From IMG/VR virus record IMGVR_UViG_3300028485_000003, positions 2,247-66,246 of that record: DNA of 64,000 bases, one strand, 5' to 3'. The notes under the pieces were generated by a model. It saw only the letters and a list, made by a program, of their open reading frames with translations. It searched no databases and was not told the origin of the DNA. Shown in pieces: positions 8,899 to 15,775 of the stretch (positions within the stretch are counted from its first letter, which is position 1; every line of letters starts with the position of its first letter). This stretch comes from a virus (lineage: Duplodnaviria > Caudoviricetes). Position numbers and translations under genes: made by a program.

Positions 8899-9212
8899 AG
8901 GCCGGCCTCCCACATGAGGCGCTGCGCGGCCACGGCAGTCGGACACGACGGGTACACATCGCACCTGGGGGCGTGCGCGAGGAGCAACCGCTGGGCGGCC
9001 TCGCCGGTGCAGCGCTTGCAGCCGCGGGGGAACCAGTCGCCGCCGTCGTCTCGGGGGCGTGGGCCGAGGTCCACGGCCGTCTCGGGGGTGAGGGCGATGC
9101 CGTGCCACACGCAGGTCACGCCGCGTACCTGGGCCTCGGAGAGGTCGTTGATGTCCGGCAGTTCGAGGGTGGTGAGCGCCTGTTGCCGGGCGTCTTGTGT
9201 GGTGCTGGTCAT
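8895..9212 (-). CDS. Small Cys-rich protein
   Basis: TCVWHG...RGCKRC...RCDVYPSCPT. Confidence 0.6.
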   Translation of the reverse strand: MTSTTQDARQQALTTLELPDINDLSEAQVRGVTCVWHGIALTPETAVDLGPRPRDDGGDWFPRGCKRCTGEAAQRLLLAHAPRCDVYPSCPTAVAAQRLMWEAGL

Positions 9213-9305
9213 CGGTCAGGCCTCCACGGTCACGGTGATCCGTCTCACACACGTGACCGTAAAAGCCCGTCGGGCGAGGAAGGGGCAGGAATCCTGCCCC
9301 ATGCC

Positions 9306-10556
9306 TCACACCGCCAGCAGCCCCAGCTTCACCGCAAGATCCGACGCACGCCGACGGCGCTCCGGCTGCCGGGCCTCCGTCTCCTCCAGCACGATCCGCC
9401 GCGCATACCCGTTGTACTTGATCGTCTCAGGGGCGGCCTCGTGCGCCTTGTCCAACGTCGCCAGCGCGGTATCCGGCTGCCCGTCCAACTGGTAGGCGCG
9501 CGCCTCCTCGATACGGTGCCGGGCCCGGCGCGGCCGGGACTTGATGACGGTCTTGTCCGCGCGAGCAGCCTGCCGCACGGACTCCCCGCCCTGGTGCAGC
9601 TCCACGGCGATCGTCACCGCGTGCGCGCCCATGATGGACCGGCTGAAGCTGGTGACCGGGTGGAAGTAGCCAGTGGGTAGCTTATTCGCGGTCTTCTCCG
9701 CCTTGTCCCACCAGCCCCACGCCGCGCCGTTCTCCCCCCGCCGCGCGGCCGTGTACCCGGCCTCGAACTGCAACGCTCCAGCGATCGCCAGGACATCATC
9801 GTCGGCGTCGGGGAGCTGGGGCTCGAGGTAGCGCAGCGCCTCGATCGTGACGGAGTCGGCAGCGTCGAAATGCCCGGGACCGGAGTCGCGGTGTGCCTGA
9901 GCTGTGAGCCACGCGGCGATACCGATGGCGTGCGGGTCTTCGCTGTCCTGGGCGGCGACCATGCCACGCTCGGCCACGCGCCACAGCAGAGCCGCGTCAG
10001 GCTGGTAGGCCACAAAGAACTGGGACAGGGAGTACACCTCGGAGAGGACGGCCTGCGCTGCCCGTCGCTCGCCGGCGGCGCCGGCCTGCCGTGCGGCGAG
10101 TTGCGCGTCGCGGATCAGGTCGGGCAGCAGCTGGCCGACGACCTCTCGGTGGTTCGGTGCCTCGTGGCGTGCTGTCCAGGCGCGGTCGAGGCGGTGCCGC
10201 AGGTGGTGGATGCCGGGCGCCTGCCGGTCCGCGGTGAAGGGGAAGGCGTCGACGGCGGCTTTGACGACGGCGAGGCGGGGGTGGCCCGGGCCGACGAACA
10301 GGTCGATGTGGAGTGTTTGGTCGCCGGTGAGGTCTGCGAGGTTACGGACGCGCAGGAGTTCGGCGATGCGCAGGATCATGGGGAGTTTCGGTGGTTGGAT
10401 CTGGCCGCTCTCGATCTGCTTCACCCATGAGGTGGATTTGCCGAGGAGGCCGGCGAGGACGGGGCGGCTCATTCCTCGGCGTTGGCGGTAGATCTGCATT
10501 CGCTGGCCGAATGCGAGCGGGTTGGTGTACGGGTCGGGGGTAGCATCGGATGGCAC
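9306..10556 (-). CDS. XRE HTH regulator with long helical (TPR-like) C-terminal domain
   Basis: GQRMQIYRQRRGMSRPVLAGLLGKSTSWVKQIESG; GTG start with SD at 10556. Confidence 0.85.
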   Translation of the reverse strand: MPSDATPDPYTNPLAFGQRMQIYRQRRGMSRPVLAGLLGKSTSWVKQIESGQIQPPKLPMILRIAELLRVRNLADLTGDQTLHIDLFVGPGHPRLAVVKAAVDAFPFTADRQAPGIHHLRHRLDRAWTARHEAPNHREVVGQLLPDLIRDAQLAARQAGAAGERRAAQAVLSEVYSLSQFFVAYQPDAALLWRVAERGMVAAQDSEDPHAIGIAAWLTAQAHRDSGPGHFDAADSVTIEALRYLEPQLPDADDDVLAIAGALQFEAGYTAARRGENGAAWGWWDKAEKTANKLPTGYFHPVTSFSRSIMGAHAVTIAVELHQGGESVRQAARADKTVIKSRPRRARHRIEEARAYQLDGQPDTALATLDKAHEAAPETIKYNGYARRIVLEETEARQPERRRRASDLAVKLGLLAV

Positions 10557-10655
10557 GGTCTCGCCCCTCTCTTGCAGCTTCGTCACTGTCAGGGTAGGGG
10601 CGGGGCCATTTTCGTGTGGGGGTGTTGGGGCGGGTGTGCCCGGTAGGCTTGGTCT

Positions 10656-10817
10656 ATGACCCCCGAGCCTGCGTGCCCTGGTTCCGTGCGGTCTGCTGCC
10701 GAGATCAACGCTGAGATCCGTGCCCTGTGGCAGTCCGCCCGCGGCACTCTCACTGCGGATGAGCGGCGTCGGTATAGCGAGCTCCTCGCTGAGTACGCCG
10801 TCGCCCGTGAGGCCTGA
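10656..10817 (+). CDS. Small protein divergent from XRE regulator (53 aa)
   Basis: Own translation MTPEPAC...RSAAEINAEIRALW...ERRRYSELLAEYAVAREA. Confidence 0.5.
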   Translation: MTPEPACPGSVRSAAEINAEIRALWQSARGTLTADERRRYSELLAEYAVAREA

Positions 10818-10826
10818 GCCGCATCC

Positions 10827-11168
10827 TCAGCGGCCGAGCGCCGTCCAGATGCCCAGCCCCACCGCCGTGGCCGACGCGACCACAGCCACCGACTGCAACG
10901 GCCACTGACGGCTCTTCACCGCAGCGATGTCCGCCTTGAGGGGCTTCACCTCGTCCTCGCGGATCTTCCTGACCTCGTCCTCCAACTCCTTCCGGAGGTC
11001 GCGCACATCCTGCTCCGTCCGATCCGAGCGGGCGATCAGCACAGCACACGACGTCTTGATATCGGACAGATCCCGGCCGACCGCGTTGATGTCGCCTCGG
11101 AAACCGTTGATGTCACCCCGCAGGTTGGCGATCTCGACGGTCAGTGCCGACGTTTCCGGTGGCGTCAC
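10827..11168 (-). CDS. Coiled-coil protein with C-terminal membrane anchor (lysis-module type)
   Basis: Heptad-rich body then WPLQSVAVVASATAVGLGIW. Confidence 0.7.
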   Translation of the reverse strand: MTPPETSALTVEIANLRGDINGFRGDINAVGRDLSDIKTSCAVLIARSDRTEQDVRDLRKELEDEVRKIREDEVKPLKADIAAVKSRQWPLQSVAVVASATAVGLGIWTALGR

Positions 11169-11305
11169 GGCTGGGGCTCCTGTCCACGCACGGTGTTTCG
11201 AACGGCAGTCTGACATGCGTATACCCGGTCGCTGCTCCGGCCGTGCTCGCACCTCCCACACCGGATGCATAATGAATTTCAGCCCGCCGCCGAAATGAAT
11301 ACGGA

Positions 11306-11569
11306 GTGGTCATGGAGCAGCAGACCGTGAGCAGAGGCCGAGGCCGCCCCCGCCCCGCCGAGACGATCGAGCGTGATGAGCGCATCCACCAACTGCTGAC
11401 CGCCGGGCCGTGGTCACGCGGCCAGATCGCGCAGGAGACCGGCCTCACCACCGACTTGGTGCACCTCGCGCTGCGGCGGCTGGAGCGTGACGGCCGTGTC
11501 CGCAAGTGCCTGCACCCGGACTTGGGTGTGGTCGTCTGGTCCGTCGCCGACGGCACCCCCTGCCCCTGA
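11306..11569 (+). CDS. Winged-helix DNA-binding protein
   Basis: WSRGQIAQETGLTTDLVHLALRRLERDGRV. Confidence 0.75.
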   Translation: MVMEQQTVSRGRGRPRPAETIERDERIHQLLTAGPWSRGQIAQETGLTTDLVHLALRRLERDGRVRKCLHPDLGVVVWSVADGTPCP

Positions 11570-11580
11570 GGCGGCCCGTC

Positions 11581-11976
11581 GTGAGCATCGTCGAGTTCTT
11601 CTCCGCGGACGACGTCGCCTGGCAGCAGAACGCTCCCTGCGCCACCGCCGACTACGACTTCATCCCCGACCACGAGACCGAGCAAGGTGCCGCAGAGGCC
11701 GAGGCCCGCTGGTGCCGGACCTGCCCCGTCCGTACCCGCTGCCTCGCCTGGGCCATGCTCCACGGCGCCGAAGGCTACTGGGCCGGCACCAGCACCTACC
11801 AGCGCGCGCAGCTCCGGCGGATCCGCACCCGCGCGAAGTGCCCCATCTGCCAGGCCACGAGCCTGGCGTACACCGACCCGCACGAACTGTGTCTCGCGTG
11901 CGGCGCCTCATGGATCCGCGACGTGCGGGAGGCCCCCATCGCTGCTACACCGCTACCGGCAGCCGGAGCGGCGTAG
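11581..11976 (+). CDS. WhiB-family regulator with C-terminal zinc ribbon
   Basis: PCATAD...WCRTCPVRTRCLAWA...GYWAGT, followed by CPIC...CLAC. Confidence 0.85.
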   Translation: MSIVEFFSADDVAWQQNAPCATADYDFIPDHETEQGAAEAEARWCRTCPVRTRCLAWAMLHGAEGYWAGTSTYQRAQLRRIRTRAKCPICQATSLAYTDPHELCLACGASWIRDVREAPIAATPLPAAGAA

Positions 11977-12994
11977 CCCGGTCCAGGCCGACGGCCTTCT
12001 CCCACGCCTCCTGCCACCTCCAGGAGTGGTCGCGCATCCGCAGCTGTGCGGCCACCGCCCGCCCCGCCTCCGACAACTCCTGCCGCATGGCCGCCGACTC
12101 GTGCAGCCGCTTCAGCTCCCGGTACCAGACCCGCGGCCGGTCGGCGAGCACCCCGGCGCCCATCGCGTGCAGGCGCCGGTACTCGGCCCGCGGCGACGCC
12201 ACCCACGGCACCCCCGCTGCACACATCTCCAGCGGCTTCAGCCACGACTTCGCCCGGTTGAACTTCGTGTCGGAGAGCGGCGCGATACCGATCCCCAGCG
12301 AGGCGACCGCCGCCGGCCACTCCTCGATCGCCACCCCGCCGCCAGGCGGATCCGCCGCCAGGCCGAACGCCCGCCCGGCGCCGGTCGGGTCACCGCGCAT
12401 CACGAACGTGGCGCCCTCGTTGACGAGCCGCGCGACCGCCCCACCGACGACCTCCGGGTCGTTGGGGTGGGAGTGGAAGCTGCCGGGCCAGCCGACCACG
12501 TCGGAGTCCTGCCGCTCGACGCCGTAGTACATGTCCGGCAGGTAGTTCGGCAGCACGTGCCCGCGGCCGTGCCGGGCATACACGTCCAGCAGCGCCGGAG
12601 TGGACACCGTCACCAGCGACGCGTTCCGGCACGCCAGCGCCAGGTTGTGCCACGAGTGCAGTCCGGCCCCGGGCCGGTGTACTGCCCACGCCGGATTGGA
12701 CGGGTGGATCGAGGACAGGTCGTCGTCGACGTCGACGATGACGGTGATGCCCTTGGCGCGCATCACGCCGACGGCCTGCGCCATGTAGGCATGCGTGACC
12801 CGCTGGAGGACGACGACGTCGGCGTCGACGAGGACATCGCGGACGGTGTGGCCGTCCATGATGACGCGCACCCGGCGGTCGCCCGGGCCGACCACCTCGA
12901 CGTCGTGTCCGGCCGCGGCGAGGTGCTGGCCGGGCCAGATGGCACGGAAGCTGCCGCAGCCGAACGAGTCGGACGGGTAGACGACGGTTCTCAC
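11945..12994 (-). CDS. Glycosyltransferase, GT-B fold (GT4-like)
   Basis: VDVDDDL, VTVSTPAL, FNRAKSWLKPLEMCAAGVP signature. Confidence 0.8.
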   Translation of the reverse strand: MRTVVYPSDSFGCGSFRAIWPGQHLAAAGHDVEVVGPGDRRVRVIMDGHTVRDVLVDADVVVLQRVTHAYMAQAVGVMRAKGITVIVDVDDDLSSIHPSNPAWAVHRPGAGLHSWHNLALACRNASLVTVSTPALLDVYARHGRGHVLPNYLPDMYYGVERQDSDVVGWPGSFHSHPNDPEVVGGAVARLVNEGATFVMRGDPTGAGRAFGLAADPPGGGVAIEEWPAAVASLGIGIAPLSDTKFNRAKSWLKPLEMCAAGVPWVASPRAEYRRLHAMGAGVLADRPRVWYRELKRLHESAAMRQELSEAGRAVAAQLRMRDHSWRWQEAWEKAVGLDRATPLRLPVAV

Positions 12995-13200
12995 TCGCCG
13001 GTCCCCTTGCGGGCGGTGGCTGCGCGGCGGGGGGCGTTCTCCAGCTTCTCCAGCCGGGCGCGGAGGTCGGCGACTTCCTTCTCCAGCGCGTCCACCCTGT
13101 CCAGGCCGGTGGTCTCCAGCACCGTCGCCGGGGGCGCCCCGGTGAGGGCCTCGGCTTCTTCGCGGGCCAGCTTGCGGATACGTGCGTCGAGGGCGCTCAT
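12991..13200 (-). CDS. Small coiled-coil protein
   Basis: MSALDARIRKLAREEAE...; coupled overlaps. Confidence 0.6.
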   Translation of the reverse strand: MSALDARIRKLAREEAEALTGAPPATVLETTGLDRVDALEKEVADLRARLEKLENAPRRAATARKGTGE

Positions 13201-13382
13201 GCCGTCGGCTCCTTCGTCTTGTTGGGCACGGCGTAGGTGATGCCCCACGCGCCGAGGACAGCGAGGACGATGGTGACGCCCTCCCCGGTGGTGAGTACTT
13301 GGTCCTGGACAGCGGTGACAGCGGCGGCCGCACCGGCGGCCAGGCCGCCGATGATGGACTTGGCGATGCCGGAGATTCCCAT
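13197..13382 (-). CDS. Holin
   Basis: 61 aa, two hydrophobic segments, directly after endolysin, ends YAVPNKTKE. Confidence 0.8.
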   Translation of the reverse strand: MGISGIAKSIIGGLAAGAAAAVTAVQDQVLTTGEGVTIVLAVLGAWGITYAVPNKTKEPTA

Positions 13383-13384
13383 GG

Positions 13385-14272
13385 TCAGTCCTTCAGTCGG
13401 GTGGCGAGGGTGTCGGCGATGGCCTGTGCCAGCGCCGGGTGTGCGGCGACAGCGGCCGCGATCGCCGCGACCTGGTCATCGGTGAGGGGCCTCTGCTCCA
13501 GGCCGGCCACCTTGTCCGCGAGCGCGTCGACCTTCGCGCCGAGGTCGCTGACCCCGGCGTTGGTGCCGCGCAGGTAGGCGTAGGCGTCGCGGTCCTCACC
13601 GCGGCCCTTGTAGGCCCAGTGGTCGTACGGGGTTACGGACACGTCGTTCTCCTTCGGAGGTTCGGGGTCGGCGCCAGCAGGGCGCTTGAGACGGCCGGCA
13701 ACGCGGGCGCGCATGGAGTTCATCGAGAATCCGCGCGGGTCGACCTTGCCGGGCTGCCACTCCAGGTGGCCGATGACGGAGCGCTCGTTCCAGCCGTGCA
13801 GTCTGCACACGGCGGCGGCCGCCTTCTCGATGGCGAGCAGTTGGACGGCGGGCCAGGGGTCTTCGCCGTCGCCGAGGTTCTCGCACTCGAAGCCGTAGAA
13901 GTGCCGGTTGCCGTCGGTGTTCGCCTCGTTGTCGGCGGGCAGGCCCTGCTCTGCGATGACGGCGCGCAGGACGTCGTCGTCTCCGGACCCGGCGTGGTTG
14001 GCGCGGCCGTAGCCGACGAGGTGGACGCGGCCGTCCTTGGTGATGACGCCGTGGCAGAGCGGGCCGGGCAGTGCGGTGTAGCCGTGGCGGCAGATCTCGA
14101 CGGTGTGCTTGCTGCCCTTGGTTACGGTGTGGTGGATCATCACGCCGTGCATCGGGCCGAACAGGCCCTTGTGGTTGCGGTTGTGGTTGCGCCAGTCGCC
14201 GACCTCCACCACGACCAGGCCCTCAGCGCGCAGCGCAGCCAGGAATGCGTTCGCGGATGCGGGTGGTGCCAT
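13385..14272 (-). CDS. Endolysin, N-acetylmuramoyl-L-alanine amidase
   Basis: VMIHHT, GPLCH, ANHAG, YGFECEN, VIGHLEW...KVDP. Confidence 0.9.
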   Translation of the reverse strand: MAPPASANAFLAALRAEGLVVVEVGDWRNHNRNHKGLFGPMHGVMIHHTVTKGSKHTVEICRHGYTALPGPLCHGVITKDGRVHLVGYGRANHAGSGDDDVLRAVIAEQGLPADNEANTDGNRHFYGFECENLGDGEDPWPAVQLLAIEKAAAAVCRLHGWNERSVIGHLEWQPGKVDPRGFSMNSMRARVAGRLKRPAGADPEPPKENDVSVTPYDHWAYKGRGEDRDAYAYLRGTNAGVSDLGAKVDALADKVAGLEQRPLTDDQVAAIAAAVAAHPALAQAIADTLATRLKD

Positions 14273-14285
14273 CAGAAGGCCCCTT

Positions 14286-14807
14286 TCAGTAGGGCAGCAC
14301 AATCAGGCGGCGGCTGGAAAAAGTGCCCGTCCCGGCACCGACCCTGTATTTCAGGGTGAAAGTATTCGTGCCCGCGGTGAGGTCGTCATAGAACACGGCG
14401 TGCGAGCCCTGATGAACGCTGCTCGTGGTCGGCGGATCGAAAACAATCGCGCGCACGTCATTCGCTGCGTTCGAGGTAGCGCCGGACACCTCCACGCTGG
14501 TCACCGTGGTCGCGTTCGCCGTCGAGTTCGACGACGACACACCCCAGATCACGAGCGCCAACTCGCCCGTCTCCACCGTCACCGACGGGCCAGTCGTGGC
14601 CAGGTTGGTGTACGAGGTGGACGTGGTGGTCTGGCTGGTGGTGATGGTCTGCCGGGAGCCGACCCGCTCCACAATCTCGTTCAGTGTGGACGTGACGAAA
14701 TATCCACCCGTCGTGGCCGCTTTCGCCGGGGCGGTCTCATTCAAATTGTCGCGAACGAACGTATTGAATTGCGCGGCGGTGAAAACAGAACTCGCTACCG
14801 CTGTCAT
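14286..14807 (-). CDS. Minor tail / tail-tip protein, paralog B
   Basis: FTAAQFNTFVRDNLNETAPAKA...; Ser/Thr-rich beta protein. Confidence 0.75.
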   Translation of the reverse strand: MTAVASSVFTAAQFNTFVRDNLNETAPAKAATTGGYFVTSTLNEIVERVGSRQTITTSQTTTSTSYTNLATTGPSVTVETGELALVIWGVSSSNSTANATTVTSVEVSGATSNAANDVRAIVFDPPTTSSVHQGSHAVFYDDLTAGTNTFTLKYRVGAGTGTFSSRRLIVLPY

Positions 14808-14840
14808 AGGTGCTGACCAGGCGATTTCAATCAGCCCCTT

Positions 14841-15380
14841 TCAGAAAGGCATAACCATGATGCGGCGGCTGGAAAAAGTCCCCGTGCCCGAACTCACCCG
14901 GTACTGCGCGGTGAACACGTTCGTGCCCGGGGTAAGCCCGCGGACCAGAGACACATCGGAGACGCCCACGTTGACGCCCGCCACGCCGAACACGTGCAGG
15001 CCCCGGTTGTCGGCGGCGGCCTGGCTCGTCGCGCCGGAGATCGCGTACGCCATGCGGGAGCTGCCCGTGCCGGAGTTCTCCAGGGAGCAGCGGACGATGA
15101 CGAACGCCGCAGTCCCCGTCTCGACCGTGCATGCCGGGCCGACGGACGTGCCGGCGAGGTTGCCGAAAGTAGCGACGGTGCGGATGCCGGAGGAGAGGTC
15201 GGCGGCGCTGTCGGCACGCCGTTCGGCGATGCTGTTGACGCCGTCGGCCGCGAAGTACGAGGAGGTGGCGGTGGCCTTCGCCGGGGCGGTCTCGTTCAGG
15301 TTGTCGCGGACGTAGGTGTTGAACTGGGCGGCCGTGAACGTGCTGTTGGCGACCGCAGTCATGGGCGCTGACCAGGCCAT
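14841..15380 (-). CDS. Minor tail / tail-tip protein, paralog A
   Basis: MAWSAPMTAVANSTFTAAQFNTYVRDNLNETAPAKA... Confidence 0.75.
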   Translation of the reverse strand: MAWSAPMTAVANSTFTAAQFNTYVRDNLNETAPAKATATSSYFAADGVNSIAERRADSAADLSSGIRTVATFGNLAGTSVGPACTVETGTAAFVIVRCSLENSGTGSSRMAYAISGATSQAAADNRGLHVFGVAGVNVGVSDVSLVRGLTPGTNVFTAQYRVSSGTGTFSSRRIMVMPF

Positions 15381-15730
15381 CAGCCCACCGCCCCGTCGTC
15401 CAGGGCCTCGTACTCGCGCTGCTCGGCGCGCAGCTCGGCCGGGCTCTGTGCGTGCGGGATGCCGAGCCGGACGGCCTCGACGTGCCCGTCCGGATACCAG
15501 TTGCGGGTCGACGGCACCGGCCGCTCCAGCAGCGCCTCCCAGATCCCGTCGGGGTCGGCCGGCCATTCCAGGGGGGCGACCTGCTGGCAGCCGCCTTCTC
15601 CGGCGCAGTGGAACGTGCTCTGGCCGGGCGTGAGTTTGACCGCGTTGGCGCAGTAGCGGCGCGGGCAGTCGGCGATCCACCTGCCGTGGTTGACGCGGGC
15701 CCGGGCGCGGGCGGTGAGGAGTTGGGCCAT
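15380..15730 (-). CDS. Cys-rich tail-region protein
   Basis: ADCPRRYCAN...HCAGEGGC; TGATG-coupled to paralog A. Confidence 0.65.
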   Translation of the reverse strand: MAQLLTARARARVNHGRWIADCPRRYCANAVKLTPGQSTFHCAGEGGCQQVAPLEWPADPDGIWEALLERPVPSTRNWYPDGHVEAVRLGIPHAQSPAELRAEQREYEALDDGAVG

Positions 15731-15737
15731 GGCGTGG

Positions 15738-15770
15738 ACGGTAGGACGCCCCGCGCGAAGATCGTTCCGG
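15738..15770 (-). promoter_or_regulatory. Putative late promoter (leaderless)
   Basis: CCGGAACGAT-N17-TACCGT-N7-ATG(15730). Confidence 0.7.
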
Positions 15771-15775
15771 AGTGG

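Noticed and set aside
14808-14843. Selenocysteine recoding of the TGA between tail paralogs, prompted by the selC-like att core
   Set aside because: No SECIS-like hairpin recognised, in-frame arrangement has a 1-in-3 chance, and no sel genes are present
14286-15380. Diversity-generating retroelement or invertible tail cassette
   Set aside because: No reverse transcriptase, no near-identical TR/VR pair with A-specific differences, no invertase or flanking inverted sites
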